Assembly (NCBI GenBank): GCA_963844035.1
Contig: CAWJMT010000037.1
Location: 64,001-128,000 of the forward strand
DNA from: an uncultured Gemmatimonadales bacterium
Lineage (GTDB): Bacteria; Gemmatimonadota; Gemmatimonadetes; Gemmatimonadales; GWC2-71-9
DNA length: 64,000 bases
Direction: 5' to 3'
In this document: positions 51,378-60,668 of the stretch, in pieces
Numbering within the stretch: position 1 is the stretch's first letter
Layout of the letters: each line of letters begins with the position of its first letter
Notes under the pieces: model-generated
The model's input: the letters and a program-made list of their open reading frames with translations, nothing else
Told to the model about the DNA's origin: nothing
Databases searched by the model: none
Translations under genes and position numbers: made by a program

Positions 51378-52441
51378 CGGCCTCCCGCGCGAGCAGCGCC
51401 TGCTTGCGCTTCAACCCCCAACGGTACCCGCCCAGTCCTCCGTCCTCGCGCACCACGCGGTGACAGGGGACGACAATCGCGACGGGATTGGTCGCGCAGG
51501 CGCGGGCGACGGCACGCGCGGCCGTGGGCTTCCCGATGGCGCGCGCGATCGCGGAATACGAGCGCGTCGCTGCCGTACGGGATCCGCTGCAACGCCTCCC
51601 AGACGCGTCGCTGAAACGCGGTGGCGCGAACGTCGATGGGGAGATCGAGTGGCGCCGTGCCCCCATCCACGTGGGCCGTGAGGCTGGAGACCCAGGCCTT
51701 CAACCGCCCGTCGTCCCGCGCGACCGTCGCCGCGGGGAATTCCGACCGGAGCGCCCGCTCGAGCGGTGCGGCGCTGTCGCCGAGACTGATCCGGCAGAGG
51801 CCGCGCTCGGTGGCGGCGACCAACAGCCAACCGAGCGAGCAGGGCACGGTGGCGAAGCGAACCGCGACGCCCGGTCCGCCGCGGCTGTAGGTCGCGGGCG
51901 TCATACCGAGGTGGGCGTGCGTGCGCTCGTACACGCGGCTGGTCGAGCCGTATCCGGCCTCGTAGAGAGCTGGACTCACTTTTTTCCCTCCTTTCAGCTG
52001 GGTCTTGAACCGGGCGAGGCGTCGCTCGTCGGCGTATTGGCGCGGGCTGATGCCCAGCACGTGTTGAAATGCGCGCAGCAGCCGATGCGGCGTGGTGCCG
52101 CCACGCGCGGCCAGCGTCGCCAGGGGCGTGGGTGCATCGGGGTGTGCGTCGATGAGCCGGCACGTGTCCCGCACCAGGGCCACGCGCGGATCGGCGACGC
52201 TGGCTTGTCCCGGGCGGCAGCGCCGGCACGCGCGGAATCCGGCACGCTCGGCGGCGTCTGTCCGGGCGAAGAACTCGACTTGACCGCGGCGCGGTTTCCG
52301 GCTCGGGCAGGAGGGAAGGCAGTAGATCCCGGTCGAGCGCACGCCGTACACGAATGCGCTGTCGTAGCGGCGATCGCGCGCCAGCACGATCCGCCAGCGG
52401 CGTGCGGCACTCAGGGTCGAAACGGCAGCGGCACGGCTCAC
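51367..52441 (-). CDS. ada: Bifunctional transcriptional activator / O6-methylguanine-DNA methyltransferase (frameshift ~51570)
   Basis: TGIYCLPSCPSR, GFRACRRC, AraC HTH, ARACATNPVAIVVPCHRVV. Confidence 0.95.
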
Positions 52442-52508
52442 GCAAGTAACGTAGCGCGCTGCCGTGCCGCTTTCTATCCGATTCTTGTGCTCGAAGTGCC
52501 TGCCTGCC

Positions 52509-52535
52509 CGTCTACGCGTCTATGCGCCTAGCCTA
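52509..52535. repeat. Degenerate octamer tandem repeat at the DinB 3' end
   Basis: cgtctacg cgtctatg cgcctagc cta. Confidence 0.55.
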
Positions 52536-53018
52536 ATTCCACGGCTCGTCCGCCGTTGGCCCGTAGATCGAGGGCACTTTTCCGTCCGTCATGCGAAGGT
52601 ATACGGAGAACTGACCGCGATGGTGCACGGCGTCCATCAGCATCATCCAGAGGATGTCCATCGTACGGAGATCCCCCACCTTCTTGGGGCCGGTGGCGAA
52701 CTTCACCGTCTTGTTCAGGTCGGCGTCGGGCGTACGCTTCACGCGCTCGACGAACGCCGCATGCGACTTTTCATAGCCCGAGATCACCTCCGGGAACGTC
52801 GCGGGCGAGGGTGGCAACTTTGCGAACTCGATCGCGCCGTCCAGCGCCATGTCGCAGGCCTTTTCCTCGAGCACAAAGTTCCAGGCGAGATCATGGGCGC
52901 TTCTCGACTTGGCGTGAGGCTTGAAACCGCCTTTCGCCGCAGGATAGGCCTTCAACACCTTGATCGTGGTCGGAAACTCCCGTGCCACTGCGGTCAGGTA
53001 CTGCTCCTTCTCCGTCAT
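52533..53018 (-). CDS. DinB family protein
   Basis: FKPHAKSRSAHDLAW; HHRGQFSVYLR; VPSIYGPTADE. Confidence 0.9.
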   Translation of the reverse strand: MTEKEQYLTAVAREFPTTIKVLKAYPAAKGGFKPHAKSRSAHDLAWNFVLEEKACDMALDGAIEFAKLPPSPATFPEVISGYEKSHAAFVERVKRTPDADLNKTVKFATGPKKVGDLRTMDILWMMLMDAVHHRGQFSVYLRMTDGKVPSIYGPTADEPWN

Positions 53019-53079
53019 GATGCCCGTCTCCTTAACTGGCGCCAACGCGCCTGCTTCGGGTTTGTGAACGAACCGGCTC

Positions 53080-53532
53080 TCAGACTACCGGCTGAAGGAT
53101 CGCGTCGAGCTTATCGAGGCTGCCGCGCCACCCATGCTCGTGCTTTTCCAGAGCCTCGGCGGCCAGGAACAGCTCGTGTTTGAGCACCACTTCGGTCGCG
53201 CGGCCGCGCTCGAAGAACTCGACCGTCACCAGCGTTTCGCCCATTTCGGGACTGGTCTCCCAGGTCCACGTATAGACGAGTTTCTTCGGGGGATCGACCT
53301 CACGGTACACACCCACGAGACGCGCTTCGCTGCCGTCGGGCGCCCGCATGTGTACCCGGTAGGCGCCGCCGACCCGCAGGTCCACTTCGACGAGGGGGGT
53401 CGAACGGTCGCCCGGGCCTTTCCACCGCTTCATTTCTTCCGGCGTCGTCCACGCCCGGAAGACGCGCTCCCGGGACGCTTGGAAGGTGCGTCGGAGCGTG
53501 AGGGCGGTGGTGCGCTGTTGCTGAGTGGCCAT
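53080..53532 (-). CDS. SRPBCC/AHSA1-like START domain protein
   Basis: [35 protein letters not shown]. Confidence 0.92.
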   Translation of the reverse strand: MATQQQRTTALTLRRTFQASRERVFRAWTTPEEMKRWKGPGDRSTPLVEVDLRVGGAYRVHMRAPDGSEARLVGVYREVDPPKKLVYTWTWETSPEMGETLVTVEFFERGRATEVVLKHELFLAAEALEKHEHGWRGSLDKLDAILQPVV

Positions 53533-53876
53533 GGGAAGGTCTCCTCCGGTTCCGTGGCGGCGAGGTAGGTAGCGAGCGCGTCGAACTGGTGCTCCCAGAA
53601 CCGCCGATAGTGTTCGATCCACCGGGCGGCGCCCTTCATCGGACGCGCCTGGAGCCGGCAACGTCGCACGCGTCCGTGCTTGGCGTGCACCAGCAGGCCG
53701 GCCCGTTCGAGCACCCGGAGGTGTTTGTGCACCCCGGGCAGCGAAATGCGAAACGGCTGCGCCAGTTCGGTGACCGACGCTTCCCGCGTAGCGAGATGCG
53801 CGAGGATCGCGCGCCTCGTTGGGTCCGCGAGAGCGGCGAACACCGCGTCCAGTTCGCCCGCCGAATGGTTAACCAT
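53430..53876 (-). CDS. ArsR/SmtB family transcriptional regulator
   Basis: [37 protein letters not shown]. Confidence 0.92.
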   Translation of the reverse strand: MVNHSAGELDAVFAALADPTRRAILAHLATREASVTELAQPFRISLPGVHKHLRVLERAGLLVHAKHGRVRRCRLQARPMKGAARWIEHYRRFWEHQFDALATYLAATEPEETFPWPLSNSAPPPSRSDAPSKRPGSASSGRGRRRKK

Positions 53877-53912
53877 ACGGTTAAGTGTTGCCTGTCGGCC
53901 CGCGCCTGTCAA
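53865..53912 (-). promoter_or_regulatory. Sigma70 promoter with overlapping palindromic operator for arsR-SRPBCC-dinB
   Basis: Minus strand TTGACA (53907-53912), 17-nt spacer, AACACT (53884-53889), ATG 7 nt later; TTAACC-atac-GGTTAA at 53869-53884; ATGGTTAACCAT at 53865-53876. Confidence 0.7.
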
Positions 53913-53943
53913 GCGGCGCGCGCGCGCCATTATCTTCCACACG

Positions 53944-54339
53944 ATGCCGAGCGACCGGCGGACCTATTCCAGCGGCACGACCTGGGAGCCCCTCGTGGGT
54001 TATTCCCGCGCGGTGCGGGTCGGCAACGCGATCTACGTCGCGGGGACGACGGCCACCGGGCAGGACGGGCGCATTGTGGGGCCGGATGACGCCTATGCGC
54101 AGACGGTGCAGACGATCCGCAACATCGAGCGCGCGCTGCGGGCGTTGGGCGGGGGCCTCGAGTCGGTCGTCCGCACGCGGCTGTTCGTGCGCGACATCGC
54201 GGACTGGGAGCTGGTCGGCCGCGCCCACGGCGAGTTCTTTCGCGACATTCGTCCCGCCTGCACGCTGGTCGAGGTCTCGGGTCTGGTCGACCCCGCCATG
54301 CTGGTCGAAATCGAAGCGGACGCGGTCGTCGCCGGGTGA
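53944..54339 (+). CDS. RidA/YjgF family protein
   Basis: [36 protein letters not shown]. Confidence 0.93.
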   Translation: MPSDRRTYSSGTTWEPLVGYSRAVRVGNAIYVAGTTATGQDGRIVGPDDAYAQTVQTIRNIERALRALGGGLESVVRTRLFVRDIADWELVGRAHGEFFRDIRPACTLVEVSGLVDPAMLVEIEADAVVAG

Positions 54340-56093
54340 CCCTCCCGGGTGACACTCTCGAGCCGCGCCCGCGGGGCGAGCAGCCGCCGCTCCCCGGGTG
54401 GGCCAAGACACTCCAGCGCCGCATCCGGCAGCGGGGGATCGACTTTTTCATCCTCCACGGACCCGGTGTGCGCGACCTCCACCCGCTCGGCGCGCGACGC
54501 TTCGGCGCCATGGGCGAATTTCTCACACAGGTACTGCTCAGCGACCGGTCGGCGATCATCAGCTACGATCGCGGTGCCGGGATCGGGTTCAGCGATCGCG
54601 ACGTCGAAAACGATTTCAAGACCGTCCTCAAAGCCTACGACAAGATCGGCGGGACGAACCTCGCGCAGCTGCAGCCGCGCGAGCCGGAGCGAGCGCTCCA
54701 GCTGATCGAAACGTATCTGCGCTACCAGCTCGCCGAGAACCGCCGTTTTTCGGCGGCGGTCGTCGTCGACTTCGGGGAGACGGTAGCACCCGCCGGCGAG
54801 CCCGGTCAGCTCCCGGCCGAAGATCGCAACGCGATCGTCACGCTGCGCCGTTGGGCCAGTGAACCGCTGTTTCTGCAGCGCTACGTGACCTTCTGCCTGC
54901 TCGCCGAGACGGCGGCGGCACTGTCTGCTGCCCTCGTGGGCGATGCCCGGACATTTGAGATCACCGTGCCGGTGCCCGACGAGCAGGAGCGCCACGCCTA
55001 CCTGGCGGGCCGCGGCAGCCGGCCCGAGACCTTCGCGAGCCTGGACTCGCGCCGCGCGGCGATCCTCACCGCGGGACTCACGCGGCTGCACCTCGAGAGC
55101 CTGCTCGCCGAGGCCGAAGCCAACGGCGCGGGGCTCGATCAAGACGCCCTCACGCGTGAGAAGAAACGGCTCATCGAAGAGGCCAGCGGTGGCCTCCTGA
55201 CGTTTATGACCAGCAGCCTCGGGTTGGACGCGGTCGCCGGCCACACGGGTGCCAAGGCACTGCTGCGGGAGACGGCGGGGGCACTGGCGCAGGGCCGCCT
55301 CGACGTGGTGCCGATGGGCTACCTGATCTGCGGTCCGGTCGGGACCGGCAAGAGCTTCATCGTGCGCTGCTTTGCGCGCGACATCGGGATCCCGGTCGTG
55401 GAGCTCCTCAACTTTCGCTCCAAGTGGCAGGGCCAGACCGAGGCCAATCTGGAGCGCGTCCTCGGGCTGCTCGATGCGATCGGTCCCGTCGCCGTGGTGG
55501 TGGACGAAGCTGACGCGGCCCTCGGCACGCGCGAGCGGGGGGGCGGGGACTCGGGCGTGTCCGAGCGAGTGTTCGCGTCGCTCGCGGCATTCATGGGCGA
55601 CACGAGGCGCCGGGGCAAGGTCGTCTGGTTCCTGATGACGAGTCGGCCCGACCTGGTTCCGGTGGACTTGAAGCGTCAGGGTCGCGCCGAGGAGCACATC
55701 GCGTTGTTTCCGCCCGCGACGATCGAGGAGCGCGCCCAGGTGTTCGAGAGTCTGCGCCGGCGGCTCGGCATCGCGCTCGAACCCGGGGTCGAGCCCGGCT
55801 CGCTCCTGGCGGAGAGTCCCGACGCGGTGTCAGCGGCGGACCTGGAGGCGATTCTGGTGCGGGCGGGGCGCCGGATGGCGGCGGGTGGCAGTACGGCGCT
55901 GAGCGCGTCTCTGCTGCGGGAGTTGATCCGCGATTTCCAGCCGCCGTCCTACCCGCTGGAGCTCGAGTATCAGCGCCTCATCGCCGCGTTCGAATGCACC
56001 AGCCGGCAGCTGCTCCCGCCCGATTTGGCGGCGCTTTCGCCGCAGGATATCGGCGCCCGGCTCGCCGAGCTGCGAACCGCGTTGGGTCGATGA
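54336..56093 (+). CDS. AAA family ATPase with degenerate N-terminal domain
   Basis: [21 protein letters not shown]...KRQGR. Confidence 0.9.
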   Translation: MTLPGDTLEPRPRGEQPPLPGWAKTLQRRIRQRGIDFFILHGPGVRDLHPLGARRFGAMGEFLTQVLLSDRSAIISYDRGAGIGFSDRDVENDFKTVLKAYDKIGGTNLAQLQPREPERALQLIETYLRYQLAENRRFSAAVVVDFGETVAPAGEPGQLPAEDRNAIVTLRRWASEPLFLQRYVTFCLLAETAAALSAALVGDARTFEITVPVPDEQERHAYLAGRGSRPETFASLDSRRAAILTAGLTRLHLESLLAEAEANGAGLDQDALTREKKRLIEEASGGLLTFMTSSLGLDAVAGHTGAKALLRETAGALAQGRLDVVPMGYLICGPVGTGKSFIVRCFARDIGIPVVELLNFRSKWQGQTEANLERVLGLLDAIGPVAVVVDEADAALGTRERGGGDSGVSERVFASLAAFMGDTRRRGKVVWFLMTSRPDLVPVDLKRQGRAEEHIALFPPATIEERAQVFESLRRRLGIALEPGVEPGSLLAESPDAVSAADLEAILVRAGRRMAAGGSTALSASLLRELIRDFQPPSYPLELEYQRLIAAFECTSRQLLPPDLAALSPQDIGARLAELRTALGR

Positions 56094-56196
56094 GCCGCGG
56101 GTCGCCCGGCCCGGAGTGCCTGTCCACCCGCGCCGGGGGTTGTTACGTTCTCGCACTCACCGACGCGGTACGTATCACCAGCCCTTGGGGGAGTCG

Positions 56197-57303
56197 ATGA
56201 AGATTGGGGTCCCGAAAGAGACCGCGGTCAACGAGCGCCGGGTGGCGGTGACCCCGGACGTGAGCCAGCGGCTCGTCAAAGCCGGTCTGACGGTGCTGGT
56301 CGAACGGGGCGCCGGCGAGGCGGCGTCGTTCACCGACGAGGCCTACCGCACAGCCGGCGCCGAGCTTGCCGGAACCGCGGCGGATATCGTCGGGCAGAGC
56401 GACGTCCTGCTCAAGGTGCAGCCCCCAACCACCGCGGAGGCAGGGCTGTGCCGCGAAGGGTCCGCGTTGGTGGCCCTGTTCCAACCCTCCGCCGCCCGGG
56501 AGGCCGTGGCGCGGCTCGCCAGCCGCAAAGTCACGGCCTTCAGCCTGGCGCTCCTCCCCCGGATCACGCGGGCGCAGCCGATGGACGTGCTGTCGTCCCA
56601 GGCCACCGTCGCGGGGTACCGGGCGGTGCTGATGGCCGCGATGCAGACCGGCCGGTTCTTCCCGATGCTGGTCACGGCCGCCGGCACGCTCACTCCGGCG
56701 CGCGTGCTGGTGTTGGGCGCCGGTGTTGCGGGCCTGCAGGCGATCGCCACGGCGCGGCGCCTCGGCGCCGTCGTGTCGGCGTTCGACGTGCGCCCCGCGG
56801 TCAAGGAGCAGGTCGAGAGTCTCGGGGCCAAGTTCGTCGCGATGGAGATCACCGAACAGGCGGAAACCGCCGGCGGGTACGCCACCCAGCTGTCCGACGA
56901 GACGCATCGGCGCGAGCTCGAGTTCATCGCGCAGCAAGTAAGAGACATCGACATCGTGATCACCACGGCGGCCATCCCCGGCAAGAAGGCGCCGACGCTG
57001 ATCAGCGCGGCGGCGGTCGAGGGGATGAAACCGGGCTCGGTGATCGTGGACCTGGCGGTCGAGACGGGCGGCAATTGCGAGCTGTCGCAGCCGGGGAAGG
57101 ACGTGGTGCGCAAGGGTGTCACGATCCTCGGGCCGCTGAACGTGGCGAGCACGTTGCCGTATCACGCCAGTCAGATGTACGCGCGCAACATCTCGAGCTT
57201 CCTGCTGCACCTGGTCAAGGACGGTGCGCTGGCCCTCGATTTCAATGACGAGATCATTCGCGACACGTGTGTGACTCACGCCGGGGAGGTACGGAAAACA
57301 TGA
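56197..57303 (+). CDS. pntAA: NAD(P) transhydrogenase alpha-1 subunit
   Basis: MKIGVPKE..ERRVA, PRITRAQ.MDVLSSQ, GAGVAGLQAIATA. Confidence 0.95.
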   Translation: MKIGVPKETAVNERRVAVTPDVSQRLVKAGLTVLVERGAGEAASFTDEAYRTAGAELAGTAADIVGQSDVLLKVQPPTTAEAGLCREGSALVALFQPSAAREAVARLASRKVTAFSLALLPRITRAQPMDVLSSQATVAGYRAVLMAAMQTGRFFPMLVTAAGTLTPARVLVLGAGVAGLQAIATARRLGAVVSAFDVRPAVKEQVESLGAKFVAMEITEQAETAGGYATQLSDETHRRELEFIAQQVRDIDIVITTAAIPGKKAPTLISAAAVEGMKPGSVIVDLAVETGGNCELSQPGKDVVRKGVTILGPLNVASTLPYHASQMYARNISSFLLHLVKDGALALDFNDEIIRDTCVTHAGEVRKT

Positions 57304-57626
57304 CCGAAGGATTGCTGGCGGCCCAGGCTGCCACGGGCGATCACGGGACGGTCGACTACTGGTCGATGCTGTTCGTGTTCGTGCTCTCGACCTTCATCGG
57401 GTTGGGCGTGATTCGGCGCGTGTCCCGGCTGCTGTACACGCCGCTCATGTCGCTCACCAACGCGATCTCGGCCATTGCGGTCGTCGGCTCGATCGTCGTC
57501 GCCGGGGCCGAGTACCCGGTCGTCATCCGAGTCATGGGAGCGGTCGCGTTGTTCGCGTCGATGACGAACATCGTGAGCGGGTTCATGATCACGGACCGCA
57601 TGCTGAAGATGTTCAAGAAGCAATGA
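57300..57626 (+). CDS. pntAB: NAD(P) transhydrogenase alpha-2 subunit
   Basis: TPLMSLTNAIS, GFMITDRMLKMF. Confidence 0.93.
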   Translation: MTEGLLAAQAATGDHGTVDYWSMLFVFVLSTFIGLGVIRRVSRLLYTPLMSLTNAISAIAVVGSIVVAGAEYPVVIRVMGAVALFASMTNIVSGFMITDRMLKMFKKQ

Positions 57627-59029
57627 CGCACGCCGTCGCCGAGTTCGCCGCCGTTCTTGCCACGGCGCTGTTCATTTTCGCGTTGTACTGGATGGGCGAC
57701 CCGAAGACCGCGCGCCGCGGTGTGATGGCGGGGATCGGGGGAATGGTCGTGGCCGTCCTGGCGACCTGGATCCAGCCGGAGATCGTGCACCACGCGTGGA
57801 TCGTCGTGGCGATTATCGCGGGCTTCGCCGTTGGCATTCCCCTGTCGCGCGTGCCGCTCACCGCCGTCCCGCAGCGGACCGCCCTCTCGCACGCGTTCGG
57901 CGGACTCGCGGCCGGCCTCGTGGGTACCGCAGAGTACTTCCTCGGCGCGGGGCACAACCCGGAGCAGCTCACGGCGTTCCGGATGAGTGCCATCGTCGTC
58001 GAGGTGATTCTGGGATTCCTCACGTTTACGGGGAGTCTCATGGCGGCCGGGAAGCTGCAGGAGGTGAAGTGGATCCCGCAGCGTCCGGTCACCTACCCGG
58101 GGCAAAACGTCGTGAACGTCGGCGTGCTGGTGCTCGCCGCGATCCTGGGTGTCCTCGTCGTGCTGCATCCGACGGCGGCCTGGTCGGGACAGGCATTCTA
58201 CGGCATCGTCGCTCTGGCGATCCTGTTCGGGGTGCTGCTTATCATCCCGATCGGGGGCGCGGACATGCCCACGGTCATCTCGATCCTGAACGCCTACGCC
58301 GGCCTCTCGGCGGTGGCGATGGGCTTCGTGCTCAACAACAAGCTGCTCGTCACGGCAGGCGCGCTGGACGGCTCGAGCGGCCTGATTCTGTCGATCATCA
58401 TGTGCCGCGCGATGAATCGCTCGTTCACGAACGTGCTGTTCGGGGCGTTCGGCACGGTGCAGAAGGCCGTGGCGGTCGGGGAGCAGAAGACCTGGAAGCA
58501 GGAGACCCCGGAGGGCGCCGCGCAGATGCTGGAGCAGGCCCGACTCGTGGTGATCGTCCCGGGATACGGGATGGCGGTGGCGCAGGCGCAGCACAAGGTG
58601 CGCGAGCTGTACGATCACCTCACCAAGCGGGGGATCACGGTCAAGTTCGCGATCCACCCGGTCGCAGGGCGAATGCCCGGCCACATGAACGTGCTGCTCG
58701 CCGAGGCCGACATTCCCTATACGGCGCTGGTCGAAATGGACGAGGTCAATCCGGAAATGCCGCAGTGCGACGTCGCACTCGTGATCGGTGCCAACGACGT
58801 TGTGAACCCGGCCGCCCGCTACGCCAAGGGGAGTCCCATCTACGGCATGCCGATCATTGCGGCGGACAAAGCCAAGACCGTCCTGGCTATCAAACGCAGC
58901 AAGAATCCCGGGTTCGCCGGGATCGACAACGAGCTGTACGTGCTCGACAATACCTGGATGTTGTTCGGCGACGCCAAGGCGGTGCTGGGCGACCTCGTGA
59001 AGCAGTTCAGCGGGGGCGGCTTACACTAG
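57623..59029 (+). CDS. pntB: NAD(P) transhydrogenase beta subunit
   Basis: IGGADMP, CRAMNRS, VPGYGMAVAQAQH, HPVAGRMPGHMNVLLAEA, IGANDVVNP. Confidence 0.97.
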   Translation: MTHAVAEFAAVLATALFIFALYWMGDPKTARRGVMAGIGGMVVAVLATWIQPEIVHHAWIVVAIIAGFAVGIPLSRVPLTAVPQRTALSHAFGGLAAGLVGTAEYFLGAGHNPEQLTAFRMSAIVVEVILGFLTFTGSLMAAGKLQEVKWIPQRPVTYPGQNVVNVGVLVLAAILGVLVVLHPTAAWSGQAFYGIVALAILFGVLLIIPIGGADMPTVISILNAYAGLSAVAMGFVLNNKLLVTAGALDGSSGLILSIIMCRAMNRSFTNVLFGAFGTVQKAVAVGEQKTWKQETPEGAAQMLEQARLVVIVPGYGMAVAQAQHKVRELYDHLTKRGITVKFAIHPVAGRMPGHMNVLLAEADIPYTALVEMDEVNPEMPQCDVALVIGANDVVNPAARYAKGSPIYGMPIIAADKAKTVLAIKRSKNPGFAGIDNELYVLDNTWMLFGDAKAVLGDLVKQFSGGGLH

Positions 59030-59045
59030 CCGTCCTACCAGACCC

Positions 59046-60668
59046 GTGCCCCCGCTTTCCGCCACGACGTTCACGACCACCCTCGCCCTCGTGGGCGTGG
59101 TCGTGATGGTGGCGGCGCTGTTGTCGGGCGTAGTGGATCGGTGGCGCCTCCCGCAGGTCGCGGTCTTTCTGCTGCTCGGCCTCGTGCTCGGCTCGAACGG
59201 GCTCGGGCTCGTCGTCTTCGACCTCACCTCTCCCATCCTGCAGACGATCGCCACGATCGCACTCGTCCTGGTGCTGTTCACGGACGCCGTGTCGGTGGAC
59301 GTGGCCAAGGTCAGCCGGCACCGGCGCCTCGCATTCCTGGTGCTGGGCCCCGGCACGATGCTGACCGCGGGCCTCATCGCCCTCGCGGGGTGGGCGCTGC
59401 TGGGGCTGCGACCTGCGCCCGCCGTCATCCTCGGCGCGGCGCTCGCCTCCACCGACCCCGTGATGATGCGTGGCCTGCTGCGCGGGACCGACGTGCCGGG
59501 CGCCGCGCGACAGGCGCTGGGGCTCGAAAGCGGTCTCAACGACATCGTCTTGCTCCCGGTCGTGCTTGTCGCGATGGCGTTCCTCGGCGGGAGCGGCGGC
59601 GAGGCGCACTTCGGCCGCATGGCGCTGGATCTGTTCGTGCTGGGCCCAGGGGCGGGCGTCGTGCTCGGGTTCCTGGGCGTTGCCGCGCTCGACCAGGTGC
59701 GCCGCAAGCTCACCGTACGCCGCGACTACGAATCGCTGTACGCCCTCGGCGTCGCGTTCACGGCGTACGCGGCGGCGGAGGCCGTGCACGGCAGCGGGTT
59801 CCTGGCCGCGTTCACCGCCGGCCTGACGATTGCCGTGGTCGATGCCGAGCTGTGCGATTGCTTTCTCGATTTCGGCCAGGCGGCCGCCGAGATGTTTCTC
59901 TTGCTGACGTTTGTGGCGCTTGGCAGCTCGCTCATCTGGACCGGGCTCTCCGGCGTCACCTGGGCCGCGCTCGCGTTCGCAGGGATAGCCCTGTTTGCCC
60001 GCTCAGCGGTGCTGCTCGTGGCGCTGCGCGGCCAGCCGCTCGACCCCCGCAGTCGTCGCCTGATCGTCTGGTTCGGGCCGCGCGGCCTGAGCTCGCTGCT
60101 GCTGGTGCTGCTCCCGGTATTCGCGGGCCTCCCGGGCGCGGAGGGGTTGTTTGCCCCAGCCGCACTGGTCGTGCTGTTATCGGTCGTGATTCACGGCGGA
60201 GCGCAGATGATCCTGGGGAAGGGGGACGGGGGAAGAGGGAAGGGCGCTCCCTTGCCGATCGCCGACGCGGCTCCCGCTTCCGACCCGGTGCCCAGGAACG
60301 ATCTTGTTGCGAACACTGAGACGATCACGCTGGATGAGCTGCGACGGGTGCAGGCCGCCGGTGAACGCGTCTGGCTGCTCGACGTGCGGAAGGAGGGGGC
60401 CTACAGCGAGGCGGACACCCAGGCGCGCGGTGCACTTCGCGTGTCACCCGATGGCAACGTTGCGGTACGCGCCGCGGAGCTCGCGCTGCCGCGCCACGAC
60501 TGGCTCGTCGCATACTGCGCCTGACACAGCGAAGCCACAAGCGCCCGGGTGGCGCTAAGCTTGAGAAAAGCCGGCTGGTCCAGGGCGCGGGCCCTGGTGG
60601 GTGGGTGGACGGTGTGGCAGGCGGCGGAGATGCCGGTGGAGCCGAAGCCCGCTACTCCTCCTGGATGA
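59046..60668 (+). CDS. CPA1 (NhaP-like) cation:proton antiporter fused to a rhodanese domain with predicted selenocysteine at UGA 60522-60524 (540 aa if read through)
   Basis: ASTDPV, ESGLND, WFGPRG (CPA1); LLDVR...GALR...LVAYCA-UGA-HSEATSARVALSLRKAGWSRARALVGGWTVWQAAEMPVEPK; next stop 60666-60668. Confidence 0.8.
60532..60562 (+). promoter_or_regulatory. Candidate bacterial SECIS element
   Basis: Upper stem AGCGCC (60540-45)/GGCGCT (60551-56), loop CGGGT starting 21 nt after the UGA; lower stem AAGC (60532-35)/GCTT (60559-62). Confidence 0.6.

Noticed and set aside
60213..60245. G-rich heptamer repeat (GGGAAGG-like) as a G-quadruplex or mobile element
   Set aside because: It is short and in frame, encoding the GKGDGGRGKG linker between transporter and rhodanese domains; nothing supports more than that.
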